In this document: positions 45,651 through 55,296 of the stretch, one piece after another
Position numbering within the stretch: position 1 is the first letter of the stretch
Layout of the letters: every line of letters starts with the position of its first letter
NCBI GenBank assembly: GCA_030622115.1
Contig: JAUXGN010000011.1
Span: 3,232-67,231, forward strand
Origin: Candidatus Eiseniibacteriota bacterium
Lineage (GTDB): Bacteria > Joyebacterota > Joyebacteria > Joyebacterales > Joyebacteraceae
Reading direction: 5' to 3'
DNA: 64,000 nt
Notes under the pieces: model-generated
Database searches by the model: none
What the model saw: the letters and a program-made list of their open reading frames with translations, nothing else
Told to the model about the DNA's origin: nothing
Position numbers and translations under genes: made by a program

Positions 45651-47225
45651 CTAGTCCAGCGCGAACTCAAGCTCAGCGATGTAGACAAGGCTCCGGTCGC
45701 GATTCTCAAGGAAGTTCCGGAGCATGAACTCAAGATCAGGCTCCACGAATCCCTCGAAGAAAACCCTCTCGCCCACCGTCACCGTCACGGGCTCGTTCAC
45801 GTTGAACATGTCCGGGTGGACAAGGATCCTGAATGACCCCACGAGCGACTGCCTGATGTCCACGCGATTCGCGGAGTAACGGGCGCGGACCGCCCCTGAT
45901 GGAACATCTCTCTTGAAAACGTAGTAATGCTCTTTCTCGGGAATACCGCCTTCCAGAACGAGTTCCTTTTCGTCCCTCATCACGGTGAGTGAGAAGGCAT
46001 CGCCCCGCGCGAGCGTTTCCTTGAAATCGTTGAGATCATCGAGACTTGTCACGGGGTCGCCGTTCCCGGCGATGATGATATCACCCTCACTCATACCCAT
46101 CTCAGTCGCAGGGTAGTCGCCGTCGGAAAGAGCGGAGACCAACACACCTGTTCCTTCGTACTCCCAGTCAGGCACGAATCCGAACGTGATGCGATCAGGC
46201 ACGAGAGCCACGTTGTGGTCGCGGTGCCAGGGAGCACGATCCCCGATGACCGTCTCGTCGATGGCGAACCACCGGCAGAGACCGAACTCACCTCCCGCCG
46301 CCTCCCACGAGATCTTCGCCGGAAACGGATCTCTGGGATGGCGTTCAAGGAACCTTGCGATCCTCGGCAGCTCCTCGTCCCCCCAAGGCTCGAAGCTGTG
46401 TTCGCCTTCAAACTCCCTGTAGAGGATGTCGGCTCCCGCGCGCGCTGCCATGTCCAGGGTGACACGCATCCGCTCGGACGGGTACAGTCCATCGTGGAAT
46501 GTGGTCGTTGCGCAGAGCGGCGTACCCGCCATATTCGAAGCGTAGGTGGCGCGATCAAAGTCAAGGCTTGCCACCCCCATGTGACCGTTCAGGGCGACGA
46601 TGGCAGCATAGTCCGTTGGATCGTTCATCGCAAAGAAGAAGCCCGCCGATGCACCGTCTGAGAAACCGATCATCCACACCTTGTCATCATCGACGTTGTA
46701 CTCTCGCTTCACCGTTCTGACAAGCGCCCGGATATTGGCGAGACCTACATCGTCGAACCAAGTGGCTCCGGCTTGCGCGAACGGAACCGCCGCGATCCAG
46801 CCATGCTCACGCGCCATCGCCACAGACTCGTTCTCAGCGACGTACTCAAAAGGATCGGAAAGGATATCCGCCCTGCTGACTCCACCGTGCAGCACGACAA
46901 GCATCGGCGTCCGTTTGTCTGATTCGTAGCCGTCGGGAGTCACGATGACCCAGGGGCGTTCCACACCGTCGATGCACGTGGCCATCCTGAGCTCCGGAAC
47001 ACCCGGAGTCTCGATGTCCGGAAAGCGAAGTGAATCCACCCTTGCCGCCACCTCGGCCCAGGTCGGCCTGAGTTCCAAAAGCTCCTCCAGAACACTCTCC
47101 TGGAGAGCTGCATCATCAGCGGAGATGAGTTCATCAAGTGTCCCGCGCCAGTTGGAAGCGCCACTTGAGACACCACCCACGACCATAAGAACCACGACTG
47201 ACCAGATGAACAGTCGCATCATCAT
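45651..47225 (-). CDS. Secreted alpha/beta-hydrolase (esterase-like) with PDZ domain
   Basis: Signal peptide MMMRLFIWSVVVLMVVGGVSSGA; VVLHGG and GFSDGA (GxSxG) motifs; PDZ-like GVLVSALSDGDYPATEMGMSEGDIIIAGNG. Confidence 0.7.
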   Translation of the reverse strand: MMMRLFIWSVVVLMVVGGVSSGASNWRGTLDELISADDAALQESVLEELLELRPTWAEVAARVDSLRFPDIETPGVPELRMATCIDGVERPWVIVTPDGYESDKRTPMLVVLHGGVSRADILSDPFEYVAENESVAMAREHGWIAAVPFAQAGATWFDDVGLANIRALVRTVKREYNVDDDKVWMIGFSDGASAGFFFAMNDPTDYAAIVALNGHMGVASLDFDRATYASNMAGTPLCATTTFHDGLYPSERMRVTLDMAARAGADILYREFEGEHSFEPWGDEELPRIARFLERHPRDPFPAKISWEAAGGEFGLCRWFAIDETVIGDRAPWHRDHNVALVPDRITFGFVPDWEYEGTGVLVSALSDGDYPATEMGMSEGDIIIAGNGDPVTSLDDLNDFKETLARGDAFSLTVMRDEKELVLEGGIPEKEHYYVFKRDVPSGAVRARYSANRVDIRQSLVGSFRILVHPDMFNVNEPVTVTVGERVFFEGFVEPDLEFMLRNFLENRDRSLVYIAELEFALD

Positions 47226-47290
47226 CCCCCAGGTTCAGGAATCTCCATCGGTTCGTCTTCGGGCGTCTGCTGCCGACCCATTCACCGATG

Positions 47291-48775
47291 TCAGTCGTCG
47301 GTGTCGGGAGTTCTGAACGCGTCGAGCAGCTGTCTGAGATCGGCAAGGAGTTTCTTGTTGGCGAGATGGTTGTCGCGGGTGTCCGGAAGCATGGCCCATT
47401 GGTCGTCCTCCGCGGCAAGCGCGCTCTCCAGCTCCCACCGGTAGTCGAACTCCCGCCCTGAAAGCTCCTGCAGAGCGCGGACCTGTCGAATCGTAAGGAG
47501 TCTGAGATCGAGCGCCTCTATGCGCTTCTGAGTAACAACGTATCGCTCCTTGCACGCGAACTCAACGACCTTCTCCCGGTCGATCATACTAAGCGATGTC
47601 TTCTCCTTGAGCGCCCGGGAGAGCTCTCGCCCGGTACCAAATGCCACACCTCTCAGTTCCAGAAGCCCTTCGTCATCCAATGCGCGCTCCCTAAGCTGCT
47701 CTATGGCAACCTCGGACAGCTCGTAGGTCACAGGCCTGTGAACCGGGAGATCGAACACGTTCTGGAGAAAGAAGAGACCGAAGAAGGCAACCAACCCCGC
47801 AATGACGGGAGTCGCTACCCATCCTCCGGCGATTCGGCGAAAGAGCCTCGCATCGAGATTCCTCCCACCCTTGACGAGCGCGATGCCGACGACGGCGCCG
47901 ATGACTGCTTGCGAACTTGATACCGGCACGAGCGGGATCGACGGCAATCCGTGCGAGATAAGCCATGCCTCGAGCGACTCGGAGGCGAACAGGAAGAGAA
48001 CGAGCGACTCGGACAGAATCACAACGAGCGCCGTCACGGGCGTAAGCCTGAAGAGTCCTTTCCCAACCGTCATCATCACGCGATGGGAGTAAGTGAAGAT
48101 GCCTATAGCGATGGCTATCCCGCCGAGCGCAAAGAGCTGCTGGTCGCTGGACACATGGAGGAACCCGAAGAGGTGCACTGAGCTTGCGGGAATCGCGGAG
48201 ACGAACACGCCCATGACGTTCCCGATGTTGTTGGCGCCAAGTGAGAATGCGCCGAACGCCCCAACTGCAACGAGCGCGGCTCTGGTCAGCGCGTCTTCCG
48301 CCAGGAGATGTATGCGGGATCGTACGGTCACGGCGCGCGCAAGGACAAACAACCCGGCCGCGAAGACAGCAGACAGCAGGGGACAGATCACCCACGTCGA
48401 CACGATCTTGAGCAGGGAATCAACGCCGGTCGCTGACCCGGTGAATAGATTCCACCCGATGATCCCGCCGACGATCGCTTGCGAAACGGAAACAGGGAGG
48501 CCTACTCTTGTCATCCAGAGGACTGCCAGCGCCGCGGCCAGCGCAACCATGAACGCTCCTGCCATCGCGTTCACCGAGCCGAGTTGTCCAAGAGTTCGGG
48601 TCGTTCCTCCTCCGGCGAGCACGGCTCCGATGATGACGAAGAACCCGCTCGTGATGGCCGCCGTTCTGAAGCGCACCATCCGGGTGGCGACCGCCGTGCC
48701 GAAGACATTGGCCGCGTCGTTCGCACCGAGGGACCATCCGAGGAACAGCCCGCTGGAAAGAAACAGGAGGATCAT
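47291..48775 (-). CDS. pit: PiT-family inorganic phosphate transporter with ~150-aa hydrophilic C-terminal extension
   Basis: GANDAANVFGTAV and GANNIGNVMGVF signature repeats. Hydrophilic tail from ...VHRPVTYELSEV to the end. Confidence 0.9.
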   Translation of the reverse strand: MILLFLSSGLFLGWSLGANDAANVFGTAVATRMVRFRTAAITSGFFVIIGAVLAGGGTTRTLGQLGSVNAMAGAFMVALAAALAVLWMTRVGLPVSVSQAIVGGIIGWNLFTGSATGVDSLLKIVSTWVICPLLSAVFAAGLFVLARAVTVRSRIHLLAEDALTRAALVAVGAFGAFSLGANNIGNVMGVFVSAIPASSVHLFGFLHVSSDQQLFALGGIAIAIGIFTYSHRVMMTVGKGLFRLTPVTALVVILSESLVLFLFASESLEAWLISHGLPSIPLVPVSSSQAVIGAVVGIALVKGGRNLDARLFRRIAGGWVATPVIAGLVAFFGLFFLQNVFDLPVHRPVTYELSEVAIEQLRERALDDEGLLELRGVAFGTGRELSRALKEKTSLSMIDREKVVEFACKERYVVTQKRIEALDLRLLTIRQVRALQELSGREFDYRWELESALAAEDDQWAMLPDTRDNHLANKKLLADLRQLLDAFRTPDTDD

Positions 48776-48806
48776 CTCTATCTCCTAGATTCGCCGCGAA
48801 TCGAGA

Positions 48807-49451
48807 TCAGATCGAACGCTTGATGGTCGAGATGCTCAGACGCTCACTCACGTCTTCCGCTTGGTCGGCGACGGAATCGATATGCATCACGAAGTTTCCG
48901 AGCTGGATCTTGTGGCTGAGATCTATCTCCATCTGGAAGATGCGTCGCTTGAGTTTCTCCGCCACCTTGTCCGCCTCCTTCTCCCAGAAGGCGACCTTAT
49001 GGACGTAGTCGGGAACAGCCGCCGTATTGCGGAAGAAGGCCCTCACACCCATGACGAGTTCCTGCACTGCGCGGCTTCCGTAGTCGGCCAGCTCGAGGTA
49101 ACCCTCCCCTAGTTCGGCCGGTATGTCCGGGTTCTCTACAGAGACCTGCATGAGGGCAAGCTTGACGTGATTGATGACATCGTCGGTCTGCTCGAGAAGC
49201 CCCAGCACGTCGCCACGCGACTCCGGAATCAGGGTCTCAATGTAGAGCTGCCGCTCCACTTCACGCCTGAGTTCGTCGGCGTGGTTCTCGAGATCACACA
49301 CCTTGCCCCTGCGCTCCTCGAATTCCTCGAGCCGGCCGTCCAGGAAGTTCTTGACGGTCTCCCTGAAGAGCAAGCCGACTTCGCTCGTGTGGTTCAGGTA
49401 CTCGTCGATCTTGGACTCCAGGAGCCTTGTTCTGGCGAAGAGACTCGTCAT
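48807..49451 (-). CDS. DUF47 (PhoU-like, YkaA-type) phosphate-transport regulator
   Basis: Helical 214-aa protein directly upstream of pit, the classic ykaA-pit arrangement. Confidence 0.85.
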   Translation of the reverse strand: MTSLFARTRLLESKIDEYLNHTSEVGLLFRETVKNFLDGRLEEFEERRGKVCDLENHADELRREVERQLYIETLIPESRGDVLGLLEQTDDVINHVKLALMQVSVENPDIPAELGEGYLELADYGSRAVQELVMGVRAFFRNTAAVPDYVHKVAFWEKEADKVAEKLKRRIFQMEIDLSHKIQLGNFVMHIDSVADQAEDVSERLSISTIKRSI

Positions 49452-49606
49452 AGGCGTTCACCTCCGGATGGACGCTTGGGAGGCCCGCTCCAGAGCCCCG
49501 ACGCCCGACATCTCGTAGCATCCTATCAGACTGTTAGTTAGCAATGTCTCTGCCAAGAATAGCCTCCTCGGGATGCATGTTCAAGAACTCACGAGATATT
49601 ACTTGC

Positions 49607-49630
49607 ATATATGGCCATATTGCCATATAT
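49607..49630. promoter_or_regulatory. Perfect 9-6-9 inverted repeat, candidate ArsR operator
   Basis: ATATATGGC-CATATT-GCCATATAT, 25 nt upstream of the arsR-like ATG. Confidence 0.45.
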
Positions 49631-49654
49631 TATCAGAAACGATTGGAGGAACAA

Positions 49655-50062
49655 ATGACGTGCGCTCGATACGATGGTGACTACAGTCGAGAGACGTATG
49701 TTCTGAAGGCGCTGGCCAACGAGGCTCGCCTCAAGATAGTCCATCACCTGGGCAGCAGAGAGTCGTGTGTGTGTGACCTGGTCGAACTCGTCGGACTGGA
49801 CCAGTCCACGGTCTCGAAGCACCTGGCCGTACTCAAGGCCGCAGCCATCGTGGACAGAGAACGCCGTGGCCATCACATCTACTACCGGCTCATCGCACCG
49901 TGCGTCCTGGATTTCATTGCGTGCGCGGCGGCAGTCGCGGATGGCCGAGGCTCGGGGCGGACAGCGAGCGGAGCGGCAGGCGATGTAAATGGGGAAGCTT
50001 GTGACGACACTCCCCCATCGTCTGACCGCTCTCCCGACGCCGGGGAGAGCCGTGCGCGGTAG
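49655..50062 (+). CDS. arsR: ArsR/SmtB-family metalloregulator
   Basis: CVCDLVELVGLDQSTVSKHLAVL (CVC metalloid site plus HTH). ORF 49544..50062 trimmed to the ATG at 49655 (GGAGG upstream). Confidence 0.85.
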   Translation: MTCARYDGDYSRETYVLKALANEARLKIVHHLGSRESCVCDLVELVGLDQSTVSKHLAVLKAAAIVDRERRGHHIYYRLIAPCVLDFIACAAAVADGRGSGRTASGAAGDVNGEACDDTPPSSDRSPDAGESRAR

Positions 50063-50089
50063 CAAGGCCGACGGCAGGAGAAGCTGCGC

Positions 50090-51388
50090 ATGATGGCAAA
50101 GGCCGAGCTCAAGGCGATCCTTTTGATAGCCGTGGTCTTCCTCGGCTTCTACTTCATTCCGGTCGGCAGTCCGCGCATAGCCGGCGCTGTCACCGAAGCC
50201 CTGCTCTTCGTTCAGGACTACGCGCGCGAGCACGTGCTGTTCGGCCTCCTGCCTGCCTTCTTCATCGCCGGCGCCATATCGGCCTTCGTATCGAAGGCCG
50301 CCGTAATGAAGTACCTCGGAGCGCGCGCAAAGCGAGTTGTGGCATACGCGGTCGCCTCGGTCTCAGGAACGGTGCTGACCATCTGCAGTTGCACCGTCCT
50401 TCCGTTCTTCGCGGGCATCTACTCACGCGGCGCCGGCCTCGGCCCCGCGATCACATTCCTGTATGCAGGACCGGCCATCAACGTGTTGGCCATCTTTCTC
50501 ACGACGAGGGTCCTCGGGGTTCGCCTCGGAGTGGCTCGCGCCGTCGGAGCCATCGGATTCAGCATCCTGATCGGGTTCATCATGCATCTGACATTCCGAC
50601 ACGAGGAGGCCAAGCGCGCCGAGGAGGCAATGGCGCTTCCGGAGCCCGAGGTCGATCGTCCGGTCCTTGAGGTTCTTCTTCTCTTCGCCCTCATGATCGC
50701 GGTGCTTGCATTCGTCAACTGGACCGAGCCCAAGACTTCCGCTGGTGCATTCGCCTTCATCTTCGCACACAAGTGGGTATTCACCGGTATTGCAAGCGTG
50801 CTTCTTGCCGGTCTCCTTGTTGCCCGGTACAGCGTGAGAATATGGGGACCCGTACTCGCTACCGCCGCCGTGCTGGCGGCCGCGATGATCACGGGGGACC
50901 CGCGCCTGGCGTTTCTTGTCGGCATCGGGGGGTTCATCGTTGTCGGCGCCACGGCCTCGCGGGAATCGCGCGAATGGATGGGTAGCTCGTGGGGGCTTGC
51001 GAGGAAGATCCTGCCGCTTCTCTTCATCGGAATCCTGATCGCTGGGGCCATGCTCGGACGTCCGGGCCACGAGGGACTCATTCCTGCGGAGTGGGTGGCC
51101 CGGCTTGTTGGCGGCAATGCTCCCGGCGCAAACGTGGCCGCGTCCCTCGCGGGTGGGCTCATGTACTTCTGCACGATGACAGAGATCCCGATCGTCCAGG
51201 GGCTCTTGGGCGCAGGTATGGGCTCGGGACCGGCACTCGCGTTCCTTCTCGCGGGACCGGCCGTCTCGCTTCCCAACGTGCTTGTCCTGAGGAGCATAAT
51301 CGGGACGAGGAAGGCCTTCACCTATCTCCTGCTCGTGGTCGTCTTCTCCAGCCTGATTGGATTCCTCTACGGGCTAATGACCCGCTAG
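50090..51388 (+). CDS. ArsP/UPF0718-type permease
   Basis: Polytopic membrane protein with TICSCTVLPFFAGI and LYAGPAINV motifs. Lies immediately after arsR. Confidence 0.8.
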   Translation: MMAKAELKAILLIAVVFLGFYFIPVGSPRIAGAVTEALLFVQDYAREHVLFGLLPAFFIAGAISAFVSKAAVMKYLGARAKRVVAYAVASVSGTVLTICSCTVLPFFAGIYSRGAGLGPAITFLYAGPAINVLAIFLTTRVLGVRLGVARAVGAIGFSILIGFIMHLTFRHEEAKRAEEAMALPEPEVDRPVLEVLLLFALMIAVLAFVNWTEPKTSAGAFAFIFAHKWVFTGIASVLLAGLLVARYSVRIWGPVLATAAVLAAAMITGDPRLAFLVGIGGFIVVGATASRESREWMGSSWGLARKILPLLFIGILIAGAMLGRPGHEGLIPAEWVARLVGGNAPGANVAASLAGGLMYFCTMTEIPIVQGLLGAGMGSGPALAFLLAGPAVSLPNVLVLRSIIGTRKAFTYLLLVVVFSSLIGFLYGLMTR

Positions 51389-51421
51389 CAACACACCCTC
51401 TCCCGTGCTACGCTACCGCGC

Positions 51422-52552
51422 ATGGAAACCAATAGCGACATCAGCTGGTTCTCTCTCGCACGTCAGCCACAGGAGCCGTTCGCCAGGGGCGGAAAGACAC
51501 TGGTGGGCATTGACCTCGACAGGTGGCAGAGACAGTTCCGCCCGTTTCTGAAGCACGTGCGCCGCAGGGAAGTCGTTCTTGTGCTCTCCGGCGGCGGCAT
51601 GAACCTCTCCTGCCACATCGGCGCACTCAAGGTCTTCGAGCTCCTGGAGCTTCCCGTGAGCCACATCTATGGAACGTCGGCGGGCGCAGTTGTCGGCGGA
51701 ATGTATGCGGCGGGAATCTCGACGACAGAGCTTGAGAGGATGATGCTCGACATACAGTCGCCGGATGAACTCTTTGGGTTCGCAGCTCGCCACCCCCGCC
51801 TCAGGCTCGTCACGAACGAACTCCGGAGGAAGCTGCTGCGCATCCCACCGGAGAGATCGGGGATATACAGCCGCACGCAGATCGATCGATACGTGTCCGG
51901 CGTCCTCATGAAACACCTGGGACGGATTCCCACTCTCGGGCAGCTCGAAACAGGCTTCTCCAGCATCACGCTCGATGTCGGAACCGGTGATGAGGATGAC
52001 CGTGTTTCGAAGAGAGTCTTCTCGAGCCACTCCTCTCCCGAGACGAGCCTGAGTGATGCCATTGGAGCGTCAATGGCAATCCCGGGGGTATTCCCTCCGA
52101 AGAGGATAGACGGAAGATACCACCTGGACGGCAGTGTCGTTGAACACCTCGCGATAGGTACTGCCTACGATGACTGGCGGCGGAGACGCGGCCTTTTCCG
52201 CCGAAGGGGGTTGGCCATCATCGCGGTTGACCTGGCCCAACCCGGTCGGGCGCCGTCACGAAGCAAGCTGGCCCAACCGGTCGACCTCGTCCTCTATGCT
52301 CAGACGTTCAGAGGACGTACAATCATGCGCCACAGCCTTTTCCGGTGTCACCGCCCACGCCGGGGCTGTTCGGTCATTCTCGTCAGGCCGAGTGCATTTG
52401 GGATAGACCTGCACGAGATCGAGAAGACACCGAGAGCCATCCTCACGGCGTACGAACGGACGGTCGAACAACTCTCCGGGTCGGGATTCCTTGATGGAAC
52501 TATGGAGGATCTCAAACAGGCCCGGATCGAGCTCGGGATCCGGCGCCCATAG
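51422..52552 (+). CDS. Patatin-like phospholipase
   Basis: LSGGGMN oxyanion motif, GTSAGA (GxSxG), DGS catalytic Asp motif. Confidence 0.85.
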   Translation: METNSDISWFSLARQPQEPFARGGKTLVGIDLDRWQRQFRPFLKHVRRREVVLVLSGGGMNLSCHIGALKVFELLELPVSHIYGTSAGAVVGGMYAAGISTTELERMMLDIQSPDELFGFAARHPRLRLVTNELRRKLLRIPPERSGIYSRTQIDRYVSGVLMKHLGRIPTLGQLETGFSSITLDVGTGDEDDRVSKRVFSSHSSPETSLSDAIGASMAIPGVFPPKRIDGRYHLDGSVVEHLAIGTAYDDWRRRRGLFRRRGLAIIAVDLAQPGRAPSRSKLAQPVDLVLYAQTFRGRTIMRHSLFRCHRPRRGCSVILVRPSAFGIDLHEIEKTPRAILTAYERTVEQLSGSGFLDGTMEDLKQARIELGIRRP

Positions 52553-52575
52553 GATCGAGTTCGCTGTTCCGGACA

Positions 52576-53427
52576 TCAGATCTTCGCGACGACGACCGAT
52601 CCAAGTTCGTACCCGGTCTCTCGAGCGAGTACCTCGCACTTGACTCTGAGAAGGAAGAAGACGGGCCGGGCCGCGCCACTCAGGGTTTCGAAATTCCCCT
52701 GCCCCTTGGCTATGACGAGATCCGCCTTCGCGAACCGCGTTCTCACCGCTTCCGAACAGTCATCGAGAATGGTCCCCGGTGCATCGGAACCGTTGGGCAG
52801 AACGTCAACCATATCCAGAAGCCCGACTGCCCGTGCATCCTCAACAGTCACATCGTTCAGAACCGGACGACCGCGCACCACGAGCGTGATCTTCTCGGGC
52901 GACAGCTCTTCGATCAGAATCCGATCGAAGACTATCTCCCCCGCGTTGTCGGCGATGTAGAGGATGTCGCTTGACTTATCAACTGCAGACCTCAGAAGTT
53001 CGAGCCCGCCTCCGGAGAGCGGTTCCCTCAGCGATTCCTCGATCGACCGCTCCACGTCGGCGGCGTCGGCGCTTCTTCCTCCTCCGAAATCGATGATATT
53101 CCCTGCGATCGCCAACCTGACTGCCACCTCAAACGGATCATCAGCACTCGATACTCTCTCTTTCAGATCCGGGTAGAGCTCGAGAACGAGATCGTTGAAC
53201 TGCCGTTTAACAGCCGCGTACGGATCGTCGATCCCTGTCTCTTCCCTGATGACCCTGTGGATGAGCTGGCCCATCTCCGGTGGGGTCCTCGACATGTCCA
53301 TTGTGGAGACCGCTCTGGCGACCTCCCGCAGAACCCGCTCGTGGACCGATGGATCATCCGAAGCAAAACGTGATGCCTGCAGAGCCTGCCCCAGGAAACA
53401 GGGAATACATTCGGTGTAGGTCTTCAT
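52576..53427 (-). CDS. DUF89 (ARMT1-like damage-control phosphatase) protein
   Basis: MKTYTECIPCFLGQAL N-terminus; IADNAGEIVFD; AKGQGNFETL. Start set to the ATG at 53427 (GGAGG upstream). Confidence 0.8.
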   Translation of the reverse strand: MKTYTECIPCFLGQALQASRFASDDPSVHERVLREVARAVSTMDMSRTPPEMGQLIHRVIREETGIDDPYAAVKRQFNDLVLELYPDLKERVSSADDPFEVAVRLAIAGNIIDFGGGRSADAADVERSIEESLREPLSGGGLELLRSAVDKSSDILYIADNAGEIVFDRILIEELSPEKITLVVRGRPVLNDVTVEDARAVGLLDMVDVLPNGSDAPGTILDDCSEAVRTRFAKADLVIAKGQGNFETLSGAARPVFFLLRVKCEVLARETGYELGSVVVAKI

Positions 53428-53542
53428 GCAACAACCTCCTTGCTTGCCGGAGGTTACCACACACGCACCGCAACGGACAACCCGTGCGCCGGTTCTCAGC
53501 GCCGTTCCCGGCGCTACGCGCCATGCCCGGCGCACCACAGGA

Positions 53543-53572
53543 ACGGCCCGGCCCCTTTCGGGGTCGGGCCGT
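53543..53572 (-). terminator. Strong hairpin downstream of the 105-aa ORF
   Basis: ACGGCCCGGCCCC-TTTC-GGGGTCGGGCCGT. Confidence 0.45.
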
Positions 53573-53681
53573 GTGCGCAGCCTGTGCGCACGGTGCCAGG
53601 TCAAGCCTGACTGCGGGGCGAGACTCGCCGGCCTCCTGCGTTGTCAGCCGCTACATTCCAAAGCCTTCGCACTGTCGATTG

Positions 53682-53999
53682 CTAGACTCCGACTGGCACC
53701 GCTCTCCCCGCATCATCCGTGCCGTAAGCGGAAGAGCGGCGGCCGCGTCCTTCACTACCGCCGCCATACGGGCCCGGAGGAACGGGGGTGCTTCTGTCAA
53801 AGCAGTATGAGCAGTACTCGTAGTCCTCCCAGAACGCCTGATCCAGCTCGTCCGGCTCGAACGCTACGGCGACACCTCGCTCAACGAGCTTTCCCAGAAG
53901 GCAGTTCTCAGATGCCTCGTGCCAAGCGTCATGAACGACCATGAGATCTGAATCGCCTATGAAACGCGCCCTTCCAAGTTCCTTCAATGTGAATGCCAT
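53682..53999 (-). CDS. Hypothetical 105-aa protein with Gly/Arg-rich tail
   Basis: ATG at 53999 (MAFTLKELGRARF...) with GGAGAG upstream. No recognisable family. The C-terminus contains YGGGSEGRGRR. Confidence 0.35.
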   Translation of the reverse strand: MAFTLKELGRARFIGDSDLMVVHDAWHEASENCLLGKLVERGVAVAFEPDELDQAFWEDYEYCSYCFDRSTPVPPGPYGGGSEGRGRRSSAYGTDDAGRAVPVGV

Positions 54000-54144
54000 C
54001 GTGTCCCCACTCTCCAGATCTGATACCGGCCACCGCATCACTCTGTGCTTTCACTCACCCGACATCGCAAGGTGCGTTCCGGAAACACAAGCGCGACACG
54101 ACAATCCGTAACTCCGTCTGGAACACGCAGTTAAGAGAACACGG

Positions 54145-54177
54145 CTCCGCCGGCTGGACACAGTCCCGCCGGCGGAG
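54145..54177 (-). terminator. Hairpin downstream of the Mrp-like gene
   Basis: CTCCGCCGG ... CCGGCGGAG, a 9-bp stem. Confidence 0.4.
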
Positions 54178-54329
54178 AAGACACATTCGTAACCCCTGTA
54201 TTCGCAACCAAGTGTACTACAAGTGTAATCGCTGATGAGACACTATGTTAGGTGTGTACCATCGACGTGACACCTAGAGCTTGAATGTTCCATTCGCAAC
54301 CAGAAACCCAACGCGGGCGCACCGTCACC

Positions 54330-55217
54330 CTATTTCCCTTCGACGGTCGCGACAAGCCTCCCGACGACGTCTGCAAACGCTTGGGCGCCAGCTGAACTGC
54401 CTGAGAGGTAGACTGGAAGCTCTCCCGTATCTCCAGCCGGCACGATTCCCGGATCAATCGGTATCGCCCCGAGGAAAGGCACACCCATGTCGGCGGCCAT
54501 CTCACGCCCTCCCCCGCTCCCGAAGAGATCGGTGCGCGTGCCGCACTCCGGACAGACGAACCCACTCATGTTCTCAATGACACCGAGGATAGGGAGATTC
54601 ACCTGTCTGGCAAAGCTGATTGATTTCCTAACGTCGCTTATGGCCACCGCCTGGGAAGTTGTCACTATCACGGCGCCGTCGGCATCATCTATGAGCTGCG
54701 CGACACTCAGCGGCTCATCTCCGGTACCCGGCGGGGAGTCTATGATAAGATAATCGAGCTCTCCCCATTCAACGTCCTTCAGGAACTGCTTGATGACCCC
54801 GTGCTTGAGAGGTCCGCGCCATATGACGGCGTCATCCTGAGACCTCAACATGAAGCCGACGGACATCACTCTCACACCCTGATCCGTCATGACGGGACGG
54901 ATGCTGTCTCCAACTGCGGTGATGTCTGCCCCCTCCAGTCCGAAAAGACGCGGGATGCTCGGGCCGTGAAGATCGATATCGAGCACTCCGACCTTTTTGC
55001 CGAGCTTGGCAAGTGAGATCGCGAGACTGGCAGCAACCGAACTCTTGCCTACACCGCCCTTACCCGAGATCACAAAAAGCTTGTGCTTGATCCGGCACAT
55101 CCTTCGGGCCAGTTCCTGTCTTTCCTTGAAGTCCTTGTCGGTCTCGCCCTGTGTCTTCGCCTTGGCGGAACAGGTCTCCGTGCTGCACGATTCGCACGAC
55201 AGCTTGTCATCCGACAT
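54330..55217 (-). CDS. Mrp/NBP35-family Fe-S cluster carrier ATPase
   Basis: ISGKGGVGKSSVA deviant Walker A; N-terminal CESCSTETC; DSPPGTGDE; CPECG motif. Start set to the ATG at 55217 (GGAGG upstream). Confidence 0.9.
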   Translation of the reverse strand: MSDDKLSCESCSTETCSAKAKTQGETDKDFKERQELARRMCRIKHKLFVISGKGGVGKSSVAASLAISLAKLGKKVGVLDIDLHGPSIPRLFGLEGADITAVGDSIRPVMTDQGVRVMSVGFMLRSQDDAVIWRGPLKHGVIKQFLKDVEWGELDYLIIDSPPGTGDEPLSVAQLIDDADGAVIVTTSQAVAISDVRKSISFARQVNLPILGVIENMSGFVCPECGTRTDLFGSGGGREMAADMGVPFLGAIPIDPGIVPAGDTGELPVYLSGSSAGAQAFADVVGRLVATVEGK

Positions 55218-55296
55218 CACTACCTCCACTAGGTGATTCTTGAGCCTGCTCTGGCGACTCCGGACCGTCATCACAACAGACGCCGAGACAACGGTT

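Noticed and set aside
51422-52552. Patatin-like lipase as an effector of a CBASS-like or other defence system
   Set aside because: No cyclase/nucleotidyltransferase, sensor or other defence-associated partner adjacent. Its neighbours are an ArsR/permease pair and a convergent DUF89 gene.
53590-53710. TGGCAC hexamers (minus strand at ~53593, plus strand at ~53694) as further sigma54 promoters
   Set aside because: No TTGC/-12 element at the required 5-nt spacing (CGTGC-GCAC and CGCTC-TCCC follow instead).
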